Source: a bacterium (GTDB taxonomy: Bacteria; Hinthialibacterota; Hinthialibacteria; Hinthialibacterales; Hinthialibacteraceae). Taken from it: 14,567 nt of DNA. A program made the translations under genes and the position numbers. Below, piece by piece: positions 1-9,696 of the stretch. Each line of letters begins with the position of its first letter. Position 1 is the stretch's first letter. The DNA lies in contig JBHGBC010000157.1 in NCBI GenBank assembly GCA_041946805.1, positions 1-14,567 on the forward strand, written 5' to 3'. The notes below the pieces were generated by a model. It was not told where the DNA came from. It saw only the letters and a program-made list of their open reading frames with translations, and ran no database searches.

Positions 1-371
1 GCCCAGCGAGAGGGACGTAGGGGCCATTCTCTCCAGACGGTTTGATGGAATAGCATAGCCAACCCAAAAGAAAAAAGTCCGCACTTACCGGATGAGCCGC
101 AATTTTACTACAAGCGGTACGCACTGATCGGGTGAACCTCTTTTCTTGGGAATTATAGAAGCACAAATCTCCAGGATCACCCGGACTTACTCTCTATCTG
201 GAAAATAGGATTCCTCCTAATCCGATTGGTGCGGAAGATGATTGGAGGAGGAACATAAAACGAAAAAATCCATTCGAGAACGACCCTGGGGATCCGGGAT
301 AGAAATGGCTATGAAATTTAGATTTTCGCTATTTCTAAAGAATTAGTATCTTTGCCTGTCATTGAACCATC

Positions 372-396
372 GTAACAGGTCATTCATTTGAAATAA
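372..396 (+). repeat. Left terminal inverted repeat of IS66-like element
   Basis: GTAACAGGTCATTCATTTGAAATAA versus reverse complement of 1006-1030, GTAACAGGGCCCCCTTCTGAAGTGA: first 8 nt identical, 17/25 overall. Confidence 0.7.
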
Positions 397-494
397 AACC
401 ACTCCTATAACCCCTTCTTTTCCTCATAAAAACACGCCTCAGGAAAAAAATAAATTACACGGAGCGCTACTTCTCGTCCGGTATCGATGTTTGT

Positions 495-1022
495 ATGAAT
501 ATGGAAGAGAACCGGTCCGCCATCGTCGAGAAAATTCTGCGCGAAATCCAGCACTTGGATCCCACGCTGGGAGATGAGCAAACTCATCTCTTGTCACAAA
601 AATTCCTGCCCGGAGACGAAGAAGCCATTCTGTTTCTTTTTCTAGAAATCGCCCGGCGCCTGAAATCTTCCGCGCCCTCGCCCTCCACCCCGTCCGGCAT
701 GATTCCCCCGCACCTCAAAGCCTCGGCCTAAACCGGAAAGAAACCCCGGAAGAAAAAGCAGGCGGGCGTCCAACCGGGCCATCCCAGCCACCGCATACTG
801 GTGATGGCTGCCGGTTAGCATTACGCGCTGAGCCTGACACTCATATGCCAGGTCGAGCGGCAGATCGAGGACGCGTTGACCCAAGGGGTTTTGATGACCG
901 TTTTCCGCACCTTGAAACGGCGCGGCTCCCATCCCATCACGACTCTCGTTTCCGCCCTGCGGGAATACATCCGCACCGGGCACCTGCCGCCTTTCCCTCC
1001 GGTTATCACTTCAGAAGGGGGC
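495..1022 (+). pseudogene. IS66-family transposase (TnpC-like) pseudogene: N-terminal and C-terminal fragments joined in frame, catalytic core missing
   Basis: One frame with internal stops at 729-731 and 816-818 reads ...GDEEAILFLFLEIARRL...SPSTPSGMIPPHLK...*TGKKPRKKKQAGVQPGHPSHR... (IS66 N-terminal S-x-P-S / basic / QPGH region), then ...ALTQGVLMTVFRTLKRRGSHPITTLVSALREYIRTGHLPPFP...SEG (IS66-like C-terminus). Only about 176 codons, far shorter than a full transposase. Confidence 0.75.
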
Positions 1023-1030
1023 CCTGTTAC
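1006..1030 (-). repeat. Right terminal inverted repeat of IS66-like element, overlapping the 3' end of tolC
   Basis: Reverse complement GTAACAGGGCCCCCTTCTGAA matches 12881-12901 GTAACAAGTCACCCTTCTGAA at 18/21 nt and also matches the left end at 372. Confidence 0.8.
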
Positions 1031-2705
1031 TCGCCTCCAACTCCACCGGTTTCCATTCCACCTGTGCGTGTCCCAGCAGCGTGCCGGTGGCGTAGGCGAT
1101 ATCCACTTGCGAATGCTGGTAATCGATGAGCGCCTGGATTTCCCGCGATTGCGCCAGGGCCAGGCCGGCCGCGGCGTCCAGGACGTCCGTGCTGGTCCGC
1201 GCCCCCAGTTCGAATTGCTTCCGCTCGGCCTCGTAGGTCCGCGCCGCAAATACCACTTCCTGCCGCGCCGCCAGGATCCGCTGCCAGTTCTCCTCGAGCA
1301 TGTCGGCCGCGTTCAACACCTCCTGCCGGATGGCCTGTTCCCGCTGTTCCTTGGTGGCCAGCCGCTGCACGCGGGCTAGCCAGGCATGCCGCACCCGCGC
1401 CTTGGCCGCCTGGTTCCCCAATGGGATCTGGGCGCGCAAGCCCACGCTCCAGTCGGCGAAGCGCGCGCCGCTCATCTGGTCCAACGACTGTCCGAAACTG
1501 CCGCCCAGCCCGTTCAGGTTGTACTCGTAATCCAGCACGAACAGGGGGAGGGCGGCGTTTTTTTCAAAATCGATCGTGCTTTCGTCGATGGCCAACTGTA
1601 ATTCTTCTTCCAGCATTTCCATCCGGTTTTGCGCGGCGAAATCCGCCAACGACTTCGTGTCCAGCCGCAGGCCCACCGGCTGGGGCGGGGTGGTGGGCAG
1701 CACGGCCGTGTCCGAATCGATCGGCAAATCGGGCCGGTTGATGATCCGCTTGAGGTCCCGCTCCCGCAGGCGCAGGCGGGTGGTCCCGCTGATGATGCCT
1801 TCCAGGCGCGCGGCCAGTCCCGATTCCGCCCGCGTGATTTCCACCTGGGGAGCGGCCTGGGCCTTCACGCGCAGGCGGGCCTCGTTCAACTGCCGCTGGG
1901 CCAGCCGGTATTGTTCCTGCCGCACTTCCAGTTCGCGCGAGGCCCCGTACACCAGCCAGTAGGCCTTGTCGGCGAGCGCCAGCAGACGGATCGCCTCCAA
2001 CTTGGTTTGGGCGTCCGTGATCCGGCTCTGGTAGCCCATGACCCGGATGGAATGCGTGTTGGCCTGAAAACCGGCTCCCCGCAGCAGCGGCTGGCTGATG
2101 GAAAATTGCAGGTCACTCTCGAACGAAGGATTCAGCAGGGCGAATTGGTTGTCGGTCTCGAACCGGCCGCCGGGCAGGCTGATCCGGAACTCGCCGCCCG
2201 TGGGCAGCGGCTGCGTTACGCCGAGCTCGAATTGGGTTAGGGAGGATTGGGATCCCACCAGCTGCGAGGCGGTGGGGGTGTCGGTATTGGCCTGCCGGAT
2301 CCCGCCGGACAGGTAGGCTTCGAACTTGGCCCGCTCCACGTTGTACGTTTCCCGCGCCAGCGAGGGATTGACGAGCTGCACCTTCAGTTCCAAGTTGTTC
2401 TCCAGGGCCGCGGCCCGGACCTCTTCCAGACTCAGCGGGACGGTTTTCTCGTGGGGGGCTTGTTGCAGAGTGTCCTGAATGGATTTTCCCACCGCCTCCT
2501 CGATGGGAAGCGGCGGGATGTGGGAATAGTCATCGAGCGCAATCGATCCGATTTGATGGACGTCGGCCTTCCATAATGGTTCTTGCTGAGGATTGTACTC
2601 CCGCACCAGGGCGTTCATGCAACCCTGCATGGCGGTCAGCAGGAGAAGGGAAAAGACCAAGCCGGTCAGAAGATGCGGCCGATGAAGCCGGAGTGTGTCA
2701 TTCAT
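1011..2705 (-). CDS. TolC-family outer-membrane efflux channel, probable lipoprotein (564 aa)
   Basis: OEP-type features: LSLEEVRAAALENNLELK, beta segments (ELGVTQPLPTGG; WSVGLRAQIPLGN), long helical repeats and a C-terminal FELGARTSTDVLDA...ALIDY motif. Start placed at ATG 2705 because GAGGA lies upstream and it is 14 nt after the permease stop. Hydrophobic leader with lipobox-like AMQG-C29. Confidence 0.92.
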   Translation of the reverse strand: MNDTLRLHRPHLLTGLVFSLLLLTAMQGCMNALVREYNPQQEPLWKADVHQIGSIALDDYSHIPPLPIEEAVGKSIQDTLQQAPHEKTVPLSLEEVRAAALENNLELKVQLVNPSLARETYNVERAKFEAYLSGGIRQANTDTPTASQLVGSQSSLTQFELGVTQPLPTGGEFRISLPGGRFETDNQFALLNPSFESDLQFSISQPLLRGAGFQANTHSIRVMGYQSRITDAQTKLEAIRLLALADKAYWLVYGASRELEVRQEQYRLAQRQLNEARLRVKAQAAPQVEITRAESGLAARLEGIISGTTRLRLRERDLKRIINRPDLPIDSDTAVLPTTPPQPVGLRLDTKSLADFAAQNRMEMLEEELQLAIDESTIDFEKNAALPLFVLDYEYNLNGLGGSFGQSLDQMSGARFADWSVGLRAQIPLGNQAAKARVRHAWLARVQRLATKEQREQAIRQEVLNAADMLEENWQRILAARQEVVFAARTYEAERKQFELGARTSTDVLDAAAGLALAQSREIQALIDYQHSQVDIAYATGTLLGHAQVEWKPVELEASNRAPF

Positions 2706-2719
2706 GAGGATTCCTCGTT

Positions 2720-5125
2720 TCATTCGCACCGCAGGGTGATTATCGGATCGGTCTGGGCCGCCCGCCGCGCGGGGAAATAGCAGGCCAGGACGGAAACTCC
2801 CAGGAACAGGCACGAAACCACGAGGTAGGTGGCCGGATCGGTTGGACTCAGGCTGTACAACAAACTGGTCAAGATGCGCGTAAAGGCAAGCGCCCCCAGC
2901 AGGCCGATGACCACGCCCGCCAGCGTCAGCCGGATGCCCCGTTTGAGGATCATCCCAATCACGTCGGCCGCTTGGGCTCCCAGGGCCATGCGGATGCCGA
3001 TTTCGTGCTGCCGCTGGCTGACCGAGTAGGCCGTGATCCCGAAGATGCCGATCAGGGACAGTGCGAGAGCCACAATGGAAAACACGGTCAGCAATACACT
3101 GATGAACCGCCGGGATTGCATCGCCTGCGAAATTACCTGGTCCATGGTTTCCATGTTCAAAGGCAAATGGGGATCCAGGCGTTCCAGCGCATTCCGCACG
3201 GATGGGGCCAGCTGTTTAGATTCCCTATGGCCGCGGATGAGTAAACCGATGCTCGATGCGGGATCCTGAACGAAGGGGATATAAATCTCCGGCTTGGATC
3301 CTCCTTCCATCCCGTAATTCTTGACGTCCCCCGTGATCCCCACGATTTCATACAATCGGTCTCCAAGACTGGGCAGCAAGATTCGCTTCCCAGCCGGATT
3401 CATACCCGGCCAGTACAGGTCAGCGAACTGTTGATTCACGATTACACTTCGATTTTCGCTGCTCTCGTCCGAAATTTCGAAATACCGGCCCTGAATCAGG
3501 GGAATCCGCAAGGTTTTAAAATAATCGCGGTTGATCTTCCGGATCTGGGCGGTATGCGGTTGTTTGAAATAATGAGGATCGGCTCCTTCCAGCCTGTACG
3601 AGACGGCCTCTTGGCCCACTACGGGCAACACCTGGGGGGCAGCCACCGATTCCACGCCGGGAAGCGTTTCCAATTGCTCCAAGGCCTTCTTGTAAAACGC
3701 GATTCGTTGAGGGGCCTTGGGATAATCGATTTCGGGCAAATCAAACCAGACCGTGAGCAAGTTATCCGGTTGGAATCCAAGCGGCTCGTTCTGAAGGCGG
3801 ATGAAACTGGTGATCATCAGTCCCGCGCCGATCAAGAGGATCAACGACAGGGAGATCTGCGTCACCACCAGCGTGCTCAACCAGCGGTGATGTCTCCGGC
3901 TGATACCCTGCCGCCCGCCCTCCTTGAGCGTTTCGTTCAGGTTGGACCGGCTGATCTGCCAGGCGGGCACGATCCCGAACAAGACACCCGTGAGGATGGA
4001 AATCACCAGGGTGTAAAGGATGACATTCAAATCCACGCCCGACCGTTCCAGCCAAGTGGCGAACGCCGGATTGGAAATCGAGGCCATCCCATCGATTCCC
4101 CAGATCGTCACCAGGAGCCCCAGAATTCCTCCGCCGGCCGCGAGAACCACGCTTTCGGTCAACATTTGCCGGATCATGCGGAACCGGCTGGCCCCGATCG
4201 CGGCGCGAATCGACATTTCCCTGAGCCGTTCCTGCCCGCGCGCCAGGAATAAACTGGCCACGATTGAACAGGCTATCAACAACACAAACAACACCGCCGC
4301 CTGCAACACGAGGAAACTCAATCCGATTTGACGGATCAGCTGTTGAAAAGAGGGTTCCACTACTCCGCTCCAATCCGTGTTGGCTTCCGGGTATTCCGTG
4401 GCCAGGGCGGCGGTGATGAGATCCATTTCGGCTTGCGCCTGCTTCTGCGATACGCCGGATTTCAACCGTCCGAATCCCACAAAATCCCGCTTGGCCCGGT
4501 TTTCCCGGATCAGATCCTGGTTCAAAGGAACCCAAATCTTCGCTTCCCCCTCCAACATGCCCATCGAGGCGGGAAGAATCCCTACTACCGTGTAAGGTAC
4601 ACGGTCCAAGAGAATATTTTTTCCGAGCAGTTTCGGATCTCCGCCGAATTGATCTTTCCACATTCCATGGCTGACAATCACCACTCGATTCTTCCCTGGT
4701 TGATCTTCATCGGAGAGAAAATTCCTCCCGTATACGGTTTGCAGGCCGAACGTGGGAAAAACGTTTGGCGACATGAGAAACGCCCGGATTCGCTCCGGCT
4801 TTCCCTCGCCGGTGAGTGTGAAATTCCGCGCACCGATCAGGCACATGGATTCGAACGATTGGCAACGGGTCTGCCAATCCAGGTAATTCCTCCCGGAACA
4901 AGTGCCATTGTCAACGCCCCGCTCCCGGTGTCTTTCCACAATCCGCATGATGGACAGCGGATCTTTGAAGGGCAGAGGGCTTAGAAGGGTTGAATTCACC
5001 ATGTTGAACACGGTGGAATTCGCGCCAATCCCGATGGCCAAGGTGATGACCGCCAGGAGAGATGTCCCAGGGGCCTTCCGCAACATCCGGCAGCCGAATC
5101 GCATATCTTGCCATAGTGTATTCAT
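2720..5125 (-). CDS. ABC transporter permease, duplicated MacB/FtsX type (ADOP-like), 801 aa
   Basis: N-terminal WQDMRFGCRMLRKAPG...TLAIGIGANSTVF. Two MacB periplasmic plus FtsX TM repeats with REMSIRAAIGASR and HEIGIRMALGA. C-terminal PARRAAQTDPIITLRCE. Confidence 0.95.
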   Translation of the reverse strand: MNTLWQDMRFGCRMLRKAPGTSLLAVITLAIGIGANSTVFNMVNSTLLSPLPFKDPLSIMRIVERHRERGVDNGTCSGRNYLDWQTRCQSFESMCLIGARNFTLTGEGKPERIRAFLMSPNVFPTFGLQTVYGRNFLSDEDQPGKNRVVIVSHGMWKDQFGGDPKLLGKNILLDRVPYTVVGILPASMGMLEGEAKIWVPLNQDLIRENRAKRDFVGFGRLKSGVSQKQAQAEMDLITAALATEYPEANTDWSGVVEPSFQQLIRQIGLSFLVLQAAVLFVLLIACSIVASLFLARGQERLREMSIRAAIGASRFRMIRQMLTESVVLAAGGGILGLLVTIWGIDGMASISNPAFATWLERSGVDLNVILYTLVISILTGVLFGIVPAWQISRSNLNETLKEGGRQGISRRHHRWLSTLVVTQISLSLILLIGAGLMITSFIRLQNEPLGFQPDNLLTVWFDLPEIDYPKAPQRIAFYKKALEQLETLPGVESVAAPQVLPVVGQEAVSYRLEGADPHYFKQPHTAQIRKINRDYFKTLRIPLIQGRYFEISDESSENRSVIVNQQFADLYWPGMNPAGKRILLPSLGDRLYEIVGITGDVKNYGMEGGSKPEIYIPFVQDPASSIGLLIRGHRESKQLAPSVRNALERLDPHLPLNMETMDQVISQAMQSRRFISVLLTVFSIVALALSLIGIFGITAYSVSQRQHEIGIRMALGAQAADVIGMILKRGIRLTLAGVVIGLLGALAFTRILTSLLYSLSPTDPATYLVVSCLFLGVSVLACYFPARRAAQTDPIITLRCE
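2979..3032. repeat. 54-bp direct repeat shared with 5418-5471 (53/54 identical) between the two permease genes
   Basis: CCCAGGGCCATGCGGATGCCGATTTCGTG(C/T)TGCCGCTGGCTGACCGAGTAGGCC, encoding AYSVSQRQHEIGIRMALG in both paralogues. Confidence 0.9.
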
Positions 5126-5158
5126 GAGGATCTGCCCTCGGACCGATGCCTTTCTCGT

Positions 5159-7582
5159 TCATTCCACCCGCAGCGCGCGCATGGGATCGATGCGCGCCGC
5201 CCGGCGCGCCGGGAGGTAACTCGCCAGTACCGCCGATCCGAACAGTAAGAACGCCACCAGGGCGAACGTGGACGCGTCCAGGGATCCGATCCCGTAGAGC
5301 AGGGAGGCCATCACCCGGTTGACCGCCAGCACGCCCCCAAGGCCCGCCAGGATTCCCAATCCCGCCAGCATAACTCCCTTGCGGAGCACCAGGAGTAAAA
5401 TGTCCCGGATTTGAGCGCCCAGGGCCATGCGGATGCCGATTTCGTGTTGCCGCTGGCTGACCGAGTAGGCCATCACGCCATAGATCCCGATCACCGCCAA
5501 TAAAAGCGCCACGCCCGCCATCCCGCTCAGCAGAATGGCGCTGAACCGCTGCACGGAGATCGAGTCGCTCACCACGTCGTCCATCGCCTGCATGTGGACG
5601 ATGGGCTGGTTCGGATCCACGGACCATACCGCCTGGCGGATGGAACTGGACAGCGCCAACGGATCGCCTGACGCGCGCGCCAGGAGAGTCATCATGTACC
5701 AGCACGATTGCCGGACCGGTTCGTACATCGTGGGTGGAAACGTGTCGGTGGCGAAACTCCCGGATTTGACGTTTTTCACGATTCCCACGATTTGCTTGGC
5801 CTGGTCATTCAAGCGGACTTGCTTTCCCAGGGGGTCCTCATCCGGAAAATAGCGGCGGGCGAATTCTTCGTCGATGATCAGCACGGGAGTTCCCTCGCCC
5901 GTGTCCCGCGTATTGAAATAACGTCCCTTGACCAGCCGGATGCCCAGGGTCTCAAAAAATCCAAGTGACACGTTCCGGTATTCCGCCATCAGCGTCTCGC
6001 CGGGAGGCAGGGGGGGACGGCCTTCGATCGAGAACGAATTGGAGATGCTGTAGGGGACCAGGGGTTGCAGGTTGGCGCAGCCCGCCGCTTCCACGCCGGG
6101 CAACGCTCCGAACTTTTGGAGGACTTCCTCGTAAAACGCCACCCGCGCCGGCATCGGCTCGTAGGCCGGGGTGGGGGGCAACTCCATTTCCACCGCCAGT
6201 ACCCGCTCCGGATTGAAGCCCACGTCCATGCGATAGAGGTTGTAAAAACTTTGGATGAGCAATCCCGCGCCCGCCAGCAACACCATCGCCAACGCCAACT
6301 CCACGACGGACAGGATGCTCAACAGCCGGTGCCGGGAAAGGCCCGAAGTGGCGCCACGCCCGCCTTCCTTCAAGGCATCCTGGATACGCGGATTCGAGGT
6401 CTGCCAGGCGGGAATCACGCCAAAGACCAGACCGGTCAACAGGGACGTCACGAACGTGAAAAGCAGCGCCGGGGTATTCAAGCCCATTTCCTCGAAACCC
6501 GGCACGTTGGAATTGCCGGTCATTTTGATCTTGGGCGCGATCAGCTTCAGCAGGTCCAGCCCCCACATCGCCAGCAGGATACCCAAGATCCCGCCGATCA
6601 GGGCCAACAGGACGCTCTCGATCAGGACCTGCCGGAAAATCCGGCCGCGCCCCGCTCCCAAGGCGCGCCGGACCGCGATTTCCTTGCTCCGCGCGCCCGA
6701 CTTGGCCAGCAAAAGGCCGGCGACGTTCACGCAGGCGGTCAACAGCACGAATCCCACGGCGCCGAACAACACCCAGAAGGCCGGCCGGATTTGCTGGATC
6801 AACATTTCGTGGAGGGGAAGGACCTTGATCCGCGTATCCTTGTTGGAATCCACATACTCCCGCGCCAGGCGGGCGGCGATCAGGTTCATTTCCGCCTGCG
6901 CCTGCTCTTGAGTCACGCCGGATTTCAGCCGCCCGATGACTGTCAGATAGTGATCGCCCCGGTTTTGGGCCAGGTCCTCCTCGGCCAGGGGAACGAACAA
7001 TTGGGTCATTTCATCCATGAAACCCAGCGTGGGCTTTGCCACGCCCACCACGGTATAGGGCTGTCCATTCAGCGTGATTTTCTTGTCGATGATACGCGGA
7101 TCGCCCCCGAATTGGGTTTTCCACAACCGATGGCTCAAGACCACGACCTGGGCGTTGGCTTTTTGCGATTCCTCCGGCGTGAAACTACGGCTCATGTACA
7201 TCGGCTCTCCCGCGGTGTCGAGAAAGTTGGCGCTCACCCGCCAACCCACCAGGGCCACCGGTTCGTCCGGGCCCGTCAGGCTGAATTTGCAAAACCCCTG
7301 CAGGGCCGCCAGGTTCTCGAACACCTGGCTCTGCTTTTTCCAATCCAGGTAATCCGGTCCGGCCACGCTGGTGATCTGCCCTTTCGATTCGCCCCAGACC
7401 ATCATCAGCCATTCCGGATGCGGAAACGGCAGTGGGCTGAGCAACACCCCGTACACCACGCTGAACAGCGCCGTGTTCGCGCCGATCCCCATGGCCAGCG
7501 CGATCGCCGCGAAGACCGTCACCCCGGGATTCTTCATCAACATGCGGAATCCGTACCGGATATCCTGCCCGATGCTGATCAT
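5159..7582 (-). CDS. ABC transporter permease, duplicated MacB/FtsX type (ADOP-like), 807 aa
   Basis: QDIRYGFRMLMKNPG...ALAMGIGANTALFS; KEIAVRRALGAGRGR and HEIGIRMALGA repeats; C-terminal PARRAARIDPMRALRVE. GAGGA RBS upstream of ATG 7582. Confidence 0.95.
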   Translation of the reverse strand: MISIGQDIRYGFRMLMKNPGVTVFAAIALAMGIGANTALFSVVYGVLLSPLPFPHPEWLMMVWGESKGQITSVAGPDYLDWKKQSQVFENLAALQGFCKFSLTGPDEPVALVGWRVSANFLDTAGEPMYMSRSFTPEESQKANAQVVVLSHRLWKTQFGGDPRIIDKKITLNGQPYTVVGVAKPTLGFMDEMTQLFVPLAEEDLAQNRGDHYLTVIGRLKSGVTQEQAQAEMNLIAARLAREYVDSNKDTRIKVLPLHEMLIQQIRPAFWVLFGAVGFVLLTACVNVAGLLLAKSGARSKEIAVRRALGAGRGRIFRQVLIESVLLALIGGILGILLAMWGLDLLKLIAPKIKMTGNSNVPGFEEMGLNTPALLFTFVTSLLTGLVFGVIPAWQTSNPRIQDALKEGGRGATSGLSRHRLLSILSVVELALAMVLLAGAGLLIQSFYNLYRMDVGFNPERVLAVEMELPPTPAYEPMPARVAFYEEVLQKFGALPGVEAAGCANLQPLVPYSISNSFSIEGRPPLPPGETLMAEYRNVSLGFFETLGIRLVKGRYFNTRDTGEGTPVLIIDEEFARRYFPDEDPLGKQVRLNDQAKQIVGIVKNVKSGSFATDTFPPTMYEPVRQSCWYMMTLLARASGDPLALSSSIRQAVWSVDPNQPIVHMQAMDDVVSDSISVQRFSAILLSGMAGVALLLAVIGIYGVMAYSVSQRQHEIGIRMALGAQIRDILLLVLRKGVMLAGLGILAGLGGVLAVNRVMASLLYGIGSLDASTFALVAFLLFGSAVLASYLPARRAARIDPMRALRVE

Positions 7583-7630
7583 GGCCGTTTTCCTCGTGTA
7601 TCCGTTTTTCCTTCCTTTGCGCCGTCCGGC

Positions 7631-8341
<711 letters not shown>

Positions 8342-8358
8342 GACTCGGCTCCTTTCGA

Positions 8359-9612
8359 TTACCGCAACCGTACTCGGTCGTTCTTGGCGTATTCTTTCAT
8401 GTCCGACAAAATCACGCGGTCGCCTTCCCGCAGACCCTCGAGGACCTCGAACCAGTTCACCGACGCGCGGCCCAGTTTAACCTGGACCCGCGCCGCTTCG
8501 TTCCCGGTTTCAGACAACTTGAACAGGCTGATCAACGCGCCCGGCTGGCCGAACGCCGGCCGGCCGATCATGAGGATGCCGGTGAGTTTCTCGATCTCGA
8601 TGTATCCGTCCAGCCGCAAGTCAGGACGCGCCCCTGGGGGCAGGGGATCGTCGAGGGCCAGGTCCACGTTTACCGTGCCTTCCTGCACCGCGGGATCGAT
8701 GCGTGTGACATGGGCGTTGAGAATGGCGCTGCGCAGGTCGATCCGCGCCGTCTGGCCCAGTTTCACTTCCCGCGCCTGGTTCTGATCAATGCGCGCCACC
8801 GCCTTGAGCCGTCCGGGATCGCTCATCTTGGCGAGATTGGTGCTGGTCGTCACCGGCTGGCCTTCCTCGACCAGCATCTGCTCCAGCACCCCTTCGAATC
8901 CCGCCCGCACGCTTAGCAACTCCACCTGTTTCTTGCGCAGTTCGTACAACGCGGCGGCCTGCCGCACCTGGGCTTGCAGCACGTCCAGTTGGGTCTTGGC
9001 GTATTGGCGTTGGACATCCAGACGTTTTTTTTCGATTTCCTTCAACTTGGCCAGTTCCTCCGAGCGCACCTGGGACACCTGCAGTTGAAGCGCCGAAATC
9101 AGCCCGTCCTTGGCCAGTTCCGCGTCCGATTGCGCCCGCAGCCGCGCCTCCGCCAGGTCGGCGTCCACCCGCGCCGCCGCAGTCTGCAGGTCCAGCAGCA
9201 CGTTATCCAGTTCCACCTTCTTGGCTTCGTACTGCAGTTCCGCCGACTGGATTTTCAGCCGGGCGTCTTCCGCCTGCAGTTCCAGCTCCTCGTTACTCAA
9301 TTCCAGGATCACGGTGCCGCGCGTCACCACTGTCCCGGGCCTTGCCAAGATTCTCTCCACCCGGCCCGCCGTGCTGGGGGCGATCCAGCGGATCTCCACC
9401 GGGACCAGGCTGCCCGGCCCGTTCACCTCGCGCAACAGGTCCCCCCGCTTGACCGTGTCCATCCATAGTGTGCCTTTTTCCACCGCCGGGGCCGCCGGTT
9501 CGAGGCGCGACAGCGCGGCCGTCACGCCGATAGCCCCCGCCGCCGTGAAGGTGACGATCAATCCCCGCTTGAGCCACCGTTTCCATTTCGTTGTTGGCCG
9601 TTGAATGTCCAT
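8359..9612 (-). CDS. Periplasmic adaptor / membrane-fusion protein (HlyD/MacA-like), 417 aa
   Basis: Start MDIQRP at ATG 9612 with a GGAGGGGAGAGGG purine tract upstream. One N-terminal TM, lipoyl half-motifs (GRVERILARPGTVV; GVLEQMLVEEGQPV), long coiled-coil hairpin, C-terminal EVLEGLREGDRVIL. Confidence 0.93.
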   Translation of the reverse strand: MDIQRPTTKWKRWLKRGLIVTFTAAGAIGVTAALSRLEPAAPAVEKGTLWMDTVKRGDLLREVNGPGSLVPVEIRWIAPSTAGRVERILARPGTVVTRGTVILELSNEELELQAEDARLKIQSAELQYEAKKVELDNVLLDLQTAAARVDADLAEARLRAQSDAELAKDGLISALQLQVSQVRSEELAKLKEIEKKRLDVQRQYAKTQLDVLQAQVRQAAALYELRKKQVELLSVRAGFEGVLEQMLVEEGQPVTTSTNLAKMSDPGRLKAVARIDQNQAREVKLGQTARIDLRSAILNAHVTRIDPAVQEGTVNVDLALDDPLPPGARPDLRLDGYIEIEKLTGILMIGRPAFGQPGALISLFKLSETGNEAARVQVKLGRASVNWFEVLEGLREGDRVILSDMKEYAKNDRVRLR

Positions 9613-9638
9613 GACGTTTCCCTCTCCCCTCCGAAAGG

Positions 9639-9654
9639 GCAAAGACCATGCCAA
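9639..9654 (-). promoter_or_regulatory. Sigma54 (RpoN) -24/-12 promoter for the export operon
   Basis: Minus strand TTGGCATGGTCTTTGC has exact GG-N10-GC spacing and is close to the consensus YTGGCACG-N4-TTGC. It lies 26 nt upstream of the MFP ATG and next to a sigma54 activator gene. Confidence 0.88.
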
Positions 9655-9696
9655 GGGAAGAGGAGAGGCTTGATATCGTGGCTCCCTTTCGCCCTT

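Larger units (their letters stand above)
372..1030 (+). mobile_element. Internally deleted, non-autonomous IS66-family element (659 bp) retaining both ends
   Basis: Begins GTAACAGG (372) and ends CCTGTTAC (1030), the GTAA...TTAC termini typical of IS66. The ends match at 17/25 nt as imperfect inverted repeats. The interior encodes N- and C-terminal fragments resembling IS66 transposase. No 8-bp target duplication (GAACCATC left, TCGCCTCC right). Confidence 0.8.

Noticed and set aside
1..27. Possible minus-strand gene start MAPTSLSLG running off the left edge
   Set aside because: Only 9 codons are visible and GGAG is just 3 nt from the ATG, which is insufficient support.
364..1038. 8-bp target-site duplication around the left IS66 remnant
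   Set aside because: Flanks GAACCATC and TCGCCTCC differ. The flank of the second copy (AACAAAAT) matches neither, in either orientation.
876..1379. 167-aa plus-strand ORF as a real gene
   Set aside because: It is the transposase C-terminal fragment that lost its stop and reads antisense into tolC.
2706..2813. N-terminal extension of TolC in the 600-aa ORF call
   Set aside because: It overlaps the permease 3' end. ATG 2705 has an RBS and places the lipoprotein signal at the N-terminus.
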